Shown: positions 30,067 to 40,897, counted from the stretch's first letter. The stretch: DNA of 64,000 bases from an uncultured delta proteobacterium (GCA_963747645.1 CAVVFW010000003.1:2764-66763); one strand, 5' to 3'. Program-made: numbers and translations. Notes: generated by a model from the letters alone, not told the origin.

Positions 30067-31639
30067 GGTGGCCAAAGATGATGGGTTTTTCTATGGTCAA
30101 AGGAGCCGATGGAATTACGACAGAGTTCGATTGGCGGTCGAGGGTATTCGATTCACTTTCTCTGCCCGCCCTGATTTTGGAGCCGAACCGGATTGTTCTC
30201 GATGCTAACAAAGCCTTTTTGAAGAAGTTTGACATTACGTAAAGATGAGATCATCGGCCAAACCTGCCATGAATTTTATTACCAGTCTGAAGAGCCTTGT
30301 CCTTATGAAACCTGTCCGCTTCCCAAGGTGCTGGCTGAAAAAGCCGGACAGACGATTCTTAGACGCGTCAAGATCTCCGGTAGAACAGAAAAGTGGGAGG
30401 ACCGGATCTTCTCGCCCATTCTGGATAATGCCGGTGAGGTCAGATACATCATCGAGAAAATCCGGGATGTCACGCATGTCAAGAGGCTGGAAAGAGAGCT
30501 TTCCGGGGTTAAGGTGTTCATGGAAAAGTTTGTCCAGAGCTCGATGAGCGCCATCTTTGCCGTAGACCGGCGTGGAAAGATCCTGGTCATGAACCCGGCC
30601 GCAGAAGAGCTTACCGGCTATACCTTCCAGGAGGCCAGAAGCAAAATTACGGTCATAGACCTTTATCCGCCAGGACAGGCGAAAGAAATCATGCGCAAAC
30701 TCAGGAGTGAAGCCTTCGGAGGAAAAGGGAAGCTGCCTTGCAGCCAGACCACCCTGGTAAACGCGCAGGGGGAAGAGATTCCGGTGGAGCTGACCGCGGC
30801 GATCATTTATGAGGGTGGCAAAGAAGTGGCCACCATGGGTATCTTTAATGACCTCAGGGAGAAACTTGCCCAGGAGGAGAAGATTAAAGAGGTGCTTGAT
30901 GAGAGCAGCCCAGGCGGAGAAAATGGCCTCACTCGGTCAACTCGCGGCCGGCGTGGCCCATGAGATCAACAATCCCCTGACCGGCATCCTCCTGTATGGC
31001 GGCCTGCTTCTGGAAGACCTGCCAAAGGACGATCCTAAATATCAGGATATGCAGTCTATCATCGAAGACGCCAATCAATGCCGCAACATTGTCAAGAGCC
31101 TTCTGGCTTACAGCCGGCAGACAAGCGCCAACAAAGAGACCCTGGACTTCAATGACCTGGTCGAACAGAGCCTGAGCCTCATTCGGGATCAGAGCCTGTT
31201 CATCAATATAGAGGTGGTTAAAGAGCTATCGGACGAGGAAATGCTGATTAGAGTGGACCGGAGCCAGCTCAACCAGGTGATTATCAACCTGGTCATCAAC
31301 GCCGTTGATGCCATGGAGAGAAAAGGTACCCTGACCCTCCGGACCTACTGCGATAAGGGGAAGAGGAAAGGGGCCGGGAAAAAAGCCGCCGCAGGTTTCG
31401 CCTACCTGGAAGTCTCCGATACCGGATGCGGCATATCCGAGGATAATCTTCCCCGGATATTTGACCCATTCTTTACGACCAAAGACCTGGGAAAAGGCAC
31501 CGGTTTAGGCCTGAGCACCGTCTATGGGATTGTCCAGGAGAATGGTGGCACTATCTGGGTGAAAGAAACCAGCCAGGCAGGAACCACCTTCATACTGGAA
31601 CTTCCCCTTTGTCGAGGTGCAGATGAACATAAGCTCTAA
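30060..31639 (+). pseudogene. PAS/PAS sensor histidine kinase, two frame breaks (about 30240 and about 30898)
   Basis: Three consecutive frames: ...KAFLKKFDIT | KDEIIGQTCHEF...EKIKEVL | MRAAQAEKMASLGQLAAGVAHEINNP...HATPase (DTGCGI, GTGLGLS). Confidence 0.75.
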
Positions 31640-31680
31640 CAATCTATCTGCTATGCACCCAGGGGAAGGGGTCTGAAATC

Positions 31681-33201
31681 GTGGTCGAGAAAATGGCCGC
31701 AATCAATCGTTCCGCCCCCACCATTCTGGTTATCGACGATGAGGAGCGGGTGCGCGAAGGCTGCCGGAAGGTCCTGGTCCGGGATGGGTATGAAGTGACG
31801 ATTGCCGAATCCGGGGAAGTTGGGCTGAAAATGATCGAGCGCCGCCATTATGACATCATCCTCCTGGACCTGATGATGCCCAGTCTTTCCGGGTTCGATG
31901 TGCTGGCCCACGTCAAGACGCTGCACCCTGACACGGTAATCATCGTGATCAGCGGGTATGCTACGGTGGAAAACTCCATCGAGGCCATGAAAAGAGGGGC
32001 TTTCGATTTTATCCCCAAACCCTTCTCACCCGAACAACTGCGGGTCCTTACCAAAAAGGCCATCGAATACACCCGGACCATGCAGGACATTGCCGACGAG
32101 AAGTCGCGGATGCGCGTGCTCATCAATCTTCTCACGGACGGCGTCATGGCCACGGATAGCCAAAAGCGCGTCGTGCTCGCCAACCCGGCATTTCTGAGAA
32201 TGGCGGGATGCCGGGAAGTCCAGGCCGTCGGGCGCACAGTCGGTGAAATCATCCACGATGAACAGCTTGAACAGATGATTGACCGGGCGCTGGCCATATC
32301 TGGAGACGCTCTCGTGGAACTGACCCAAGAGATCTGCTGCGAAGCCGAGCCGGATCAGTCGGGTCCGATCCTGAATGCCCGCTGCATTCCCTATATCGAC
32401 CGGGCCGGCCGGAACGTGGGCACCATCACCGTACTGCACGACATCACTACTTTGAAGCGCATGGACCAGATCAAATCGGAATTCGTCTCCATGGTCTCCC
32501 ACGAAATTCGGAGTCCGTTGAATTCGGTCCTGGCCCAGATCAAGGTGATCCTCGACGGCCTGGCCGGCGAGGTTACCGCAAGGCAACAAGAAATTCTGGG
32601 CCGGGCCTCGGAAAAGGTCAAGAGCCTGGTGTGTCTTTCGTCCGAACTCCTGGACCTGGCCCGTATTGAGTCCGGCCTGATCCGCCAGGAGAGGGAGCAG
32701 TTCAACCTGGCCGACATCCTCAAGGATCAGGTGGTCTTCCATGGCGCCACGGCTCAGGCCAAGGGGATCTCCCTGGAGCTGGAGCCTCTCCCCAAGCTTG
32801 CTCCCGTGTTTGCCGCCCGGCGCAACATGGAAGAGGTCTTCTCCAATCTCATCAGCAACGCCATCAACTATACGCCCGCAGGTGGAAAAGTGGTCGTTGC
32901 CGCCGCCATGGAAAGCGGCTACCTCAGGGCGAGTGTGTCCGATAACGGTATCGGTATGGCCCCAGAAGACCTGGGCCACATTTTTAATCGTTTCTACCGG
33001 ATAAAAAACGACCAGACGAGATTTATCATCGGTACCGGTCTGGGACTCGCCATCGTCAAAAGCATCGTGGAAGCCCACAACGGCTTTATCCGCGTGGAAA
33101 GCGAGCCTGACCGCGGCAGTACATTTCAGGTCTACATCCCCTGCCCGGATCATGACCACGGACTGCGGCCGGATCGGGTGAAGAATTCTAAAAAGGTTTA
33201 A
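31681..33201 (+). CDS. hybrid REC-PAS-HisKA-HATPase sensor kinase
   Basis: Contains ILVIDDEE..DLMMP, a PAS domain, the H-box SMVSHEIRSPLN, DNGIGM and GTGLGLAIV. Confidence 0.88.
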   Translation: MVEKMAAINRSAPTILVIDDEERVREGCRKVLVRDGYEVTIAESGEVGLKMIERRHYDIILLDLMMPSLSGFDVLAHVKTLHPDTVIIVISGYATVENSIEAMKRGAFDFIPKPFSPEQLRVLTKKAIEYTRTMQDIADEKSRMRVLINLLTDGVMATDSQKRVVLANPAFLRMAGCREVQAVGRTVGEIIHDEQLEQMIDRALAISGDALVELTQEICCEAEPDQSGPILNARCIPYIDRAGRNVGTITVLHDITTLKRMDQIKSEFVSMVSHEIRSPLNSVLAQIKVILDGLAGEVTARQQEILGRASEKVKSLVCLSSELLDLARIESGLIRQEREQFNLADILKDQVVFHGATAQAKGISLELEPLPKLAPVFAARRNMEEVFSNLISNAINYTPAGGKVVVAAAMESGYLRASVSDNGIGMAPEDLGHIFNRFYRIKNDQTRFIIGTGLGLAIVKSIVEAHNGFIRVESEPDRGSTFQVYIPCPDHDHGLRPDRVKNSKKV

Positions 33202-33217
33202 AAGGAAGGAGAATATT

Positions 33218-34537
33218 ATGCAGGCTGCCGTGACACCTCAAAAACTACCTGAGCCCATCAAAGAGGCCCTGGCAAAATTCAACCTGAATCTGTGCATGAC
33301 CTGCGGGACCTGCACCAGCGGCTGCCCCGTCACGGGAACGCCGGGGATGGAAGGGTGGGATACCAGAAAGGTCCTGCGGATGCTGCACTTCGGCATGGTT
33401 GATGAGGTGGTCGACTCGAAGTTTCCCTGGGTGTGCACCGGCTGCGGCCGCTGCGCCCACGCCTGCCCGATGAATCTCGATATCCCCTACATCATGCTGC
33501 ACATGAAGTCCTTGCGCCCCAGGGACAAAGTGCCGGGCATTCTCCACAAGGGCGCCGAACACTGCTTTAACACCGGCAATAACATGGCGATCCCCTTGGA
33601 GGATTACCTGTTTCTCATGTCCGACATGGGCAAAGAGATGGCCGACGAAGACTGCCCCGGCTTCTATGTGCCCCTCGATAAAGAGGGGGCCGACACGCTC
33701 TTCTACCCGAATTCCAAGGAAGTCTTTGCCGACAATGAGGATATGAAATGGTGGTGGAAAATTTTTTACGCCGCCCGGGAAAACTGGACCATTCCCTCGG
33801 AAAACTGGGAGTCGGTGGACTGGGGTCTGTTTACCGGGAACTATGAGTACATCAAGACCTTTGCCCAGCGCAAGATCGACTTCATGAAGGAGCACCACGT
33901 CAAACAGATGATCATGCCGGATTGCGGCGGGGGCTCCTACGGCTGCCGCGTGGGCATGAAGTTGTGTGTCAAAGAGAGCCCGGAAAATGAGATCAACTAT
34001 ATATATCTCTACGAATATCTCGTTAACCTGATTAAATCGGGCCGGATCAAGCTCGATAAAAGCGTCAACGCCGGAAAGATCTTCACCTGGCATGACTCCT
34101 GTAAACACGGCCGGGAGCTCGAGCGTCATTTCGGCAAGGGTTTCTATGAGGAGCCCCGCTGGATTATCCAACAATGCGCTGACAACTTTGTCGATATGGA
34201 GCCGAACCGGGCCAACGGCCACTGCTGCGGCGCCGGCGGCGGCATGTGGCCGGGCCCCTATGAAGCGGAATCCGCCTGGCACGGAAAAGCCAAATACGAA
34301 TCCATCAAGAACAGCGGCGCCAATGTCCTGGTGGTCGCCTGCTCCAACTGCCACGACCAGCTCATGAAACGCGTTCCCAAATTCAATCCCGAGTATAAAT
34401 ATGAGGTGAAGTACCTTTGGGAACTGGTGGCCGATAGCCTTATCCTAGAGCCGTGGACCGAAGAGGAAATCGCGCGGGGTGAGGCCGAAGGCGCAGCCCA
34501 GTGGGAGCGGTTTGGCGTTGAGATGGATGAGGAATAG
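33218..34537 (+). CDS. HdrD/DsrK-like Fe-S oxidoreductase (2x[4Fe-4S] plus two CCG domains)
   Basis: Contains CMTCGTCTSGCP, CTGCGRCAHACP, PDCGGGSYGC, WHDSCKHGRE, HCCGAGGG and VACSNCHDQL. Confidence 0.8.
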   Translation: MQAAVTPQKLPEPIKEALAKFNLNLCMTCGTCTSGCPVTGTPGMEGWDTRKVLRMLHFGMVDEVVDSKFPWVCTGCGRCAHACPMNLDIPYIMLHMKSLRPRDKVPGILHKGAEHCFNTGNNMAIPLEDYLFLMSDMGKEMADEDCPGFYVPLDKEGADTLFYPNSKEVFADNEDMKWWWKIFYAARENWTIPSENWESVDWGLFTGNYEYIKTFAQRKIDFMKEHHVKQMIMPDCGGGSYGCRVGMKLCVKESPENEINYIYLYEYLVNLIKSGRIKLDKSVNAGKIFTWHDSCKHGRELERHFGKGFYEEPRWIIQQCADNFVDMEPNRANGHCCGAGGGMWPGPYEAESAWHGKAKYESIKNSGANVLVVACSNCHDQLMKRVPKFNPEYKYEVKYLWELVADSLILEPWTEEEIARGEAEGAAQWERFGVEMDEE

Positions 34538-35101
34538 GCTCGAGAGGATTAGCGAAAACCGGCCCGGCGCCGGCAAGCACCAAGGCATGAGACTGTTTTG
34601 ACACCGCGTTAACCGGCCGGGCAAAGGGGGTCTTCGGCCAAAAATCGCCACAGTAATTCTCGACAATTTCATTATACCCAATCACGCGGTGCGGATAGTA
34701 GGGAGCTTTTATAAGCATAGCCGGCGCGTGGTTGGGTGTTGCTCAACCTAAAATTTGGCAATCTCAAAGTCTCCATTATCCAATCTTTATTGCCAGATAC
34801 CCTGCCAAAACCTTCCTTTTCGTCGAGCCAGCATAAATTCCAGATATGATTCGCATATCATCCAAGAGCTCCTGTGGGGGGAACGATTTCAGGTGTCCGC
34901 GTTTGAAAGAAGGCGGATTTTGGGCTGGGAAAGCAAAGGCCCTTCAGGGCGAAAAGAGTCGATATGGACTGTATATGGAAGGTTTTTGGCTCGTTGATAA
35001 CTATCGGATCATAGCAGTAAGCCGCATCCTCATATTCATTAAATTTCATTCAAGGAATAACAACTTGATGGGTTGTTATCTTTTCCAGAAATGAGAAAGG
35101 T

Positions 35102-36037
35102 TCACGGTGCCAGTTTTCCTTCCTCTGCCAAATGACTGAGCAGCAAGTGGAAGTAAACGAGCCCGCCAAACGGTTGCCAGCCGGCCAGCAATCGCCCGAC
35201 CTCCTGATAATCTAGCGGCTCCGGTAATGCCAACCAGGCTTGCAGCCGCCGGCGGGCACCCACATCGTCTCCCGGGAAGATCCGCCACCTACCCAAGCCC
35301 CGCAGCAATACGTATTCCGCGCTCCAGCGGCCGATTCCCCGTAAGGCCTCCAGGTATTTGACGGCCTGCCCGTCGTCCAGGAGCTCAAGCTTGTCGAGGT
35401 CTATGAGGCCCTGGGCGACCCCCTGGGCCAGGTCCACCAGGGTGCGCCCCTTGCTGCGGCTGAACCCCAGGCGGCGGAGGTTCTCCGGGTCTGCCCCCGC
35501 CAGGTCTACAGGCCGCGGAAAGGCAGGGATGACCTCGCCAGCCTCCAGAAAACCAAGACCATACGAGGCTGCCAGCCGGTTGAGCAAATAAATGCCGACG
35601 GTGAGACTGATCTGCTGGCAGGCGACGGCATTGACCATGGCCTCGAAAACGCTGGGAAAACGAGGTGGCTTGACCCCCCGCCAGGGCTGGATCAACTCCC
35701 GCAGTCGCGGGCTTTGTCTGGCCAGACGGTAAAGGCCCGCTATATCAGCGTCCAAGCCGAGCATTTGCGTCAGCAAAGCCTTGAGGGCCGGAACTGCCCT
35801 CGTTTCATCCATGGTTTCGCCCCTGATCTTCACTTGCAGCCTGGGGGCATCCACCGGCCCGGTCTGGACGACGGTGGCGAGCACCGGTTCTCCTTGAACC
35901 ACCAGTACTCTCCGATAGGTCCGGCCGTCCCAGCTGTCCACCAAGTTGTGGGAGCGCCGCCGCAGCACCCAAACGGTCAGATCCAGGCGGAAAGGGGAAC
36001 TTGGAGTCAGCTCGAAGGAGATGTTGGTCAAGAACAA
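35102..36037 (-). CDS. alkA: DNA-3-methyladenine glycosylase II (AlkA, HhH-GPD family)
   Basis: Contains FEAMVNAVACQQIS, GIGRWSAEYVLLRGLG and FPGDDVGARR. Confidence 0.8.
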   Translation of the reverse strand: MFLTNISFELTPSSPFRLDLTVWVLRRRSHNLVDSWDGRTYRRVLVVQGEPVLATVVQTGPVDAPRLQVKIRGETMDETRAVPALKALLTQMLGLDADIAGLYRLARQSPRLRELIQPWRGVKPPRFPSVFEAMVNAVACQQISLTVGIYLLNRLAASYGLGFLEAGEVIPAFPRPVDLAGADPENLRRLGFSRSKGRTLVDLAQGVAQGLIDLDKLELLDDGQAVKYLEALRGIGRWSAEYVLLRGLGRWRIFPGDDVGARRRLQAWLALPEPLDYQEVGRLLAGWQPFGGLVYFHLLLSHLAEEGKLAP

Positions 36038-36184
36038 GTCCTCTCCTGGAAGAGTCGATACACCGTAGCCCGGACCTCGTCTGAAAACAGCCCGCTCAAA
36101 TCGGCAATTTCCTCCATCACCTCCAGCCCATGATGCTTTCGAAACCCCGACAGCAGTTCTCGCAAGGCGCCGTCGAGTCTCCGG

Positions 36185-37191
36185 TCAAGGTTGCAAAACG
36201 ATCCTGTACCTCGGTTTGCCGTGCCGTAATTTCTCCAGAGCGTCATTAATTTCACTAAATTTAAAGGTCTCAATAGTGGGCTGGATATGATGCCTGGCCG
36301 CAAAGTCAAGCATAGTCGCAATCGCCGCCGGACTGCCAGTCGGGCTGCTGGAGATATGGATTTTTGGCCCAGCAGCATGGGGAAAAGTGGCACTGTCAGC
36401 GGCTGGGTCACAGCACCCACCAGGTGCAGACGGCCTTGCGGCCGCAGGACCCCAATATAGGCCTCCCAATCCAACGGCACATTCACCGTCGACAGGATGA
36501 AATCCAAAGAGTTGGCCGCCTTCCTCAAAGCCTCGGGATCACGCGAATTGATGACGTAATCAGCGCCGAAGCCTCTTGGCTTCAGTCCTCCTTCTCCGGG
36601 CTGCTGGAGAAGGCCGTCACCTCGCAGCCCCAGGCATGAGCAAATTTCAAGGCCATATGGCCAAGCCCTCCGATGCCGATGACCCCCACCCGAGCCGTTG
36701 GCTTAATATCGGCCAGCAGCAGCGGGTAAAAGACGGTAATACCACCGCACAAGAGGGGACCGGTGCTTTGGGGGTCAAGCTGGTCAGGCAGAGGGAAGAC
36801 CCAGGCGGCGTTGGCCCGGACGCGGTCGGCAAAGCCCCCGTGGTGGCCGACTATGGTACCCACCGCAGAGGCGCAGAGGTGATGATTGCCGGATTTGCAC
36901 CATTCGCAGGTCAGGCAGGAGTCGGCAAACCATCCCAAACCGACCCGTTGACCGAGCGTCAATCCCTGGGCGTGAGGGCCCAGGCCGGCGACGGTACCGA
37001 TCAACCTCATGTCCGGGAACCAAGGGATATTGGCTGATTCCCCATTCATTGTCCAACATACTGAGATCGCTGTGACACAACCCGCAATATTCTACCTTGA
37101 TCTCAACCTGGTTGTCTCCCAGGGGGCCGGGGTCGAAGGTGAACGGCTCCAGCGCGCCCCCTGGTTTAGTGGCGGCATAACCTGTAATCAT
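36185..37191 (-). pseudogene. zinc-dependent (cinnamyl-type) alcohol dehydrogenase with about four frame breaks
   Basis: Pieces [18 protein letters not shown] | [40 protein letters not shown] | EAKRL | GADYVINS..LLGQKSIS | SSPTGSPAAIATMLDFAARH..RYRIVLQP lie in different frames. Breaks near 37004, 36578, 36560 and 36365. Confidence 0.75.
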
Positions 37192-37212
37192 GGATGATCT
37201 CCTTTTTCTTTA

Positions 37213-37612
37213 CTATTGTCCGGGGAACCGGCGGCGAATTTCTTCGATTCTTTTCCGGTTTACGCCCAGATCGCTATAGCCTACCCGCGAGGCCGAACGG
37301 ACATCGATGCGCCTCGCGTTGTCGTCGAACAGGAACTCCACGTCGTCCACGAACCGCCACAGGGCGCTGGTGAACTCCGCTCGCCAGTAATTGGCCTCGC
37401 GCGTCACCAAATGGGAACGCTTCATGCCGGCAATGGCCCGCTCGAGTTGCTGGCGCGCCTGCTCCGGCTCGCCGCTGTAAGTAAGCGCCTCGATATAAGT
37501 GCTGCTTGTCGCTCGCCGCCGCCTGGCTCGACACGCAATTAGGCTTATTCGGGCACGGGGCGAGCCGCCCGTCCACGATCCCGAGGCCAGGGTGTTTTCC
37601 GTTGGTTGCCAC
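37213..37612 (-). pseudogene. DUF1499 family protein, frame broken near 37497-37501
   Basis: The N-terminal part (LAPCPNKPNCVSSQ) is in frame with 37612. The C-terminal part (YIEALTYSGEPEQ..DDVEFLFD..IDVRSASRVGYSDLGVNRKR) is in the frame of ORF 37213..37761. Confidence 0.65.
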
Positions 37613-37672
37613 CTTATTTCTCCGTCATCCTGGTTAAGTCGAAAATTTTTTGAAGCATCCGCACTGACCGTC

Positions 37673-38537
37673 CTACTGTTCGTTAGACATGAAACGGCGA
37701 ACGAGTTCGGCGATTTCATCGGCCGCGGTATCCAGGGCAAAGTGCCCCGCCTCAAGGACATGAACCTGAGCCTTCGGAACGTCGCGGCGGTACGCCTCGG
37801 GCTCTGTCAGCTCAAATGATAAATCGTACTTTCCCCAGAGCACCAAGAGACGCGGCTGAGTCTTTTGCATCCATGCCTGCCACTTCGGGTAGGCGTCCAC
37901 ATTGGTACGGTAGTCGTAGAAAAGATCACTTTGGATGTCTGCCTCGCCTGGACTTGTTCAGGAAAGCGTATTCGTCGGTCCAGAGATCGGGATCGTATTT
38001 CTCGGGGTTCGGGTCGTTGCCGACGTGCCGCGTACGCGTGGTCCCCAGAGAGAGCAAGTTGGTCCGCAGCTCGGCTTCGTGGGAGGCGCGGTCCGCCCAG
38101 AATGCACGCCTGGTCTTCCAGTTTTCGCCGAGGCCTTCGTTATGGGCCACAGCATCTTGAACGATCAGGGCTTCGACACGATTCGGATGGGCAAGCGCCA
38201 TCCGAAAGCCGACCGGCCCGCCGTAGTCCTGCATGTAAAGGGTATATTTGGTCAGGTTCAGCGCCTCGGTAAAGTGATCCATCACCTCGGCGATGTTGTC
38301 GAAGGTGTACGAGAACTCCTTAGGTGCCGGCGCATCGCTGTGCCCGAAGCCAGGGTAGTCGGGAGCGACCATGTGAAACTCAGCCGCCAGCCGCATGAGC
38401 AGCGGCTCGAACATGCGAGAAGACGACGGAAGTCCGTGAAGCAGGAGAATGGTCGGTGCGTCCTGCGGTCCGGCTTGGCGGTAGAAGATGGAGAGGCCGT
38501 CCACTTTCACTGTGCGGTATGAGATATGCTGGGCCAT
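37673..38537 (-). pseudogene. alpha/beta hydrolase (epoxide hydrolase / haloalkane dehalogenase-like), frame broken near 37952
   Basis: ORF 37926..38687 (from MAQHISY at 38537; LLHGLPSSS, MQDYGGPVG) and ORF 37673..37900 (WGKYD, GHFALD) join if t37952 is removed: ...FLNK|PGEADIQSDLFYDYRTNVDAYPKW. Confidence 0.75.
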
Positions 38538-38556
38538 CGCAGACTCCCTCGACTGA

Positions 38557-39051
38557 TCAGGGCTTAACTTCCAAGATGACTTCCAGTTCGACCGGCGAAC
38601 CGAGTGGAAGGCTGGCCACGCCAAAGACAAGGCGCGAAGAGACGGCCTGCTCGCCGAGGACATCTCGAAGCAATTCTGACGCCGCATCGGCGACCTTTGC
38701 GTGCTCAGTGAACTCAGGCGTCGCGGCGACGTACACGCCGAGCCTCACGACGCGGGCCACGCGGTTCAATGAGCCTAAACGCTCCTTGATGAGCGCCATC
38801 GCATTGAGTGCGGCGATATATGCCGCTTCCCGGCCCGCCTTCACGTCAAGGTTTTTGCCGACGACGCCAACTACTGTAGCGCTGTGGCCCGAGGTGGCGA
38901 GCATCCCGCTCAGGAAAAGAAGATTGCCCGTCTGAACAGCAGGCACGTACGCACCAAAAGGCGTCGGCGCATCGGGCAGATGAATGCCGAGCTTGGCAAG
39001 TCGGTCCTCGGCGGTCGTTGAGTTTGTGGCCATGCCGGAAACTCCCTGCAT
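38557..39051 (-). CDS. RidA/YjgF family protein
   Basis: YjgF-fold pattern (NLLFLSGM, VVRLGVYV, LPLGSPVELEVI). Confidence 0.75.
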   Translation of the reverse strand: MQGVSGMATNSTTAEDRLAKLGIHLPDAPTPFGAYVPAVQTGNLLFLSGMLATSGHSATVVGVVGKNLDVKAGREAAYIAALNAMALIKERLGSLNRVARVVRLGVYVAATPEFTEHAKVADAASELLRDVLGEQAVSSRLVFGVASLPLGSPVELEVILEVKP

Positions 39052-39780
39052 TTACCAGCGGCCCAAATGGGCGCCGCCATCGACGTACAGGATGTGGCCA
39101 GTGACCGTCGCGGCGTCCATCAGGTACATGACCGCATCCGTGATGTCTCTGACCGTGGAAGGCCGACCCATCGGCGACAGGCTTTCCATGACGTCCTTTG
39201 GAGTGTTTTGGTGAAGTGGCGTGTAGACCGTGCCGGGCGCGACGGCGTTTACGCGAATCCCTTCTTTCGCGTACTCCATCGCCAGGTGCTGGGTGATCGT
39301 TTCAAGACCACCTTTGGTGATCATCGGCACTGACGCGGTAACACCCCGGATCGGGTTGCGAGCCAGGGCCGCGGTGATCGTGACGATGCTTCCGCCGGTC
39401 TTCTGCGCTAACATTTGCTTGATGGAGAGCTGGGTAACATACAGGAAACCCTCGAGGTTCGTTGCGACGAGTGACCTGAAGTCCTCGGCGGTGTAGTCTG
39501 TGAACGGCTTGGTGAAGAAGATGCCGGCGTTATTGACGAGTGCGTCGATCGACTTGAAGCGGGATAGCGCCGTCTCAACGATCTTGGCGGCAGTTGCCGG
39601 CTCGCCAATGTGGCCGTCCACCAGGGCAACATGGTTGGAAGCCGCGACCTCGGTGGATTGGGTCATCCTTCGGGAATTGGCCACGACGTTGAAACCTCGT
39701 TCGACAAACCCTTTCACGATTCCCGCACCGATCCCCTGTGAAGCTCCGGTCACGATGGCTGTCTTTTGTGGGCCGCTCAT
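39052..39780 (-). CDS. SDR family oxidoreductase
   Basis: Contains TGASQGIG and NNAG. The usual YxxxK position reads MITKGG (atypical). Also PGTVYTP. Confidence 0.8.
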   Translation of the reverse strand: MSGPQKTAIVTGASQGIGAGIVKGFVERGFNVVANSRRMTQSTEVAASNHVALVDGHIGEPATAAKIVETALSRFKSIDALVNNAGIFFTKPFTDYTAEDFRSLVATNLEGFLYVTQLSIKQMLAQKTGGSIVTITAALARNPIRGVTASVPMITKGGLETITQHLAMEYAKEGIRVNAVAPGTVYTPLHQNTPKDVMESLSPMGRPSTVRDITDAVMYLMDAATVTGHILYVDGGAHLGRW

Positions 39781-40030
39781 GCTTGCTTACCTCGCATACG
39801 TCTCGTCGCCAGAGAACTTCCTCCAGCGTTACTTCCTTCTTCCTGATGTAAGTTAGCAAACGCTGTTGCCGATGCCGGTGATTCGGTCCATGGTGCTTTG
39901 CAAATATCTTCCTGTAACTACAATAGGTTGTAAAAAGCGCCCCAACCCCATTTTCACGCCTACGAGGCGTCCCCAGAAGAGAGCTGTGCGTAGATCGCGG
40001 CCTGGTGATGAGGTCGGACCCTTCTGGCGT

Positions 40031-40897
40031 TCACTGGGCCGGCTGATAGATCTCGTCGGCGGCTACTGAGGCGACGCCGAGTTCGGCCGCGACCGCGTCG
40101 ATCGCTTGCTGCGCGATGTTGAGGTCCACTTGGCCGTCGGGGGTGAAGTACGGGCCGACGTAGCGCTCATAGTACCGCTGCGCTTCATCACGCGTCAGCC
40201 GGTTGAGAAACGAGGCGATGTAGTCGACGGCCAGGCTGGGCTGTTCGGCGATCGTCCTGAGGGCCCGCTGGTTGGCCCGCACCAGCGCCTGCAACGCCGG
40301 GCTGTCCAGCGGGATATGAACGGGGTCCACGGCGACGCCCACAGTAGGGATCTGGAAGTGATCGCCGACCCAGGCCAGCACTCGGAACCCCTCCTCCTCG
40401 GCGACCTGTTCGGGTGAGAGCGTGCTGCCTACGTAGGCGGCGTCGATGGAGCCGTCCCGAAGGCGTCGCAGATCCATCTGATAGTCACCCGGAGCCCGCA
40501 CCACACATTCCAGGTCACGATCGGGGTCCAGGCCGTGCCGGCGCAAGACGATCCGCGCGAAACAACCGGGGGCGGTGTGGGCGGCGTGGACCGCCAGGCG
40601 GCGCCCGCGCAGATCCGCCATGGAGGTCACCTCGGCGCCGCCGAGAAACCAGAACAGCGGACGATGGGTGTTGACGCAGAGCACTTGCCAACCGATGCCT
40701 TCAGTCAGCCGCGAACACAGGGCCCGACCTAGACCGATCATGGCGCCGCGGCGCAGACGCTCCGCTTTCCACCTAATCCCGTCGCGGATGGCAACGTGAA
40801 CACCCTCATCCGTGTAATAGCCCTCCTGGTCGGCAATATAGGCGACCAGTTCCTCGTGGATACCACGCCCGACATAGGCCAAGTCGATAGTGTGCAT
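40031..40897 (-). CDS. NMT1/THI5- or SsuA-like substrate-binding-fold protein without an obvious signal peptide
   Basis: Periplasmic-binding-protein type II pattern judged by eye. Start taken at MHTIDLAY. Confidence 0.45.
   Translation of the reverse strand: MHTIDLAYVGRGIHEELVAYIADQEGYYTDEGVHVAIRDGIRWKAERLRRGAMIGLGRALCSRLTEGIGWQVLCVNTHRPLFWFLGGAEVTSMADLRGRRLAVHAAHTAPGCFARIVLRRHGLDPDRDLECVVRAPGDYQMDLRRLRDGSIDAAYVGSTLSPEQVAEEEGFRVLAWVGDHFQIPTVGVAVDPVHIPLDSPALQALVRANQRALRTIAEQPSLAVDYIASFLNRLTRDEAQRYYERYVGPYFTPDGQVDLNIAQQAIDAVAAELGVASVAADEIYQPAQ

Noticed and set aside
30235-30245. Programmed +1 ribosomal frameshifting (prfB-like) at the sites where a single t creates an immediate stop (acg-t-aaa at 30240, gac-t-gaa near 36578).
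   Set aside because: There is no slippery CUU-U type P-site codon, no upstream SD-like stimulator, and no shared context between the sites. Ordinary indels are the more plausible explanation.
34445-35049. A minus-strand reading starting MKFNEYEDAAYCYDPIVINEPK and a later piece with ..YYPHRVIGYNE.., considered as a degraded alkyltransferase-like (PCHRV/PWHRV) gene next to alkA.
   Set aside because: Only a 4 to 5 residue resemblance exists. The surrounding sequence does not fit the MGMT/ATL fold pattern, and several stops and frame changes would be needed.
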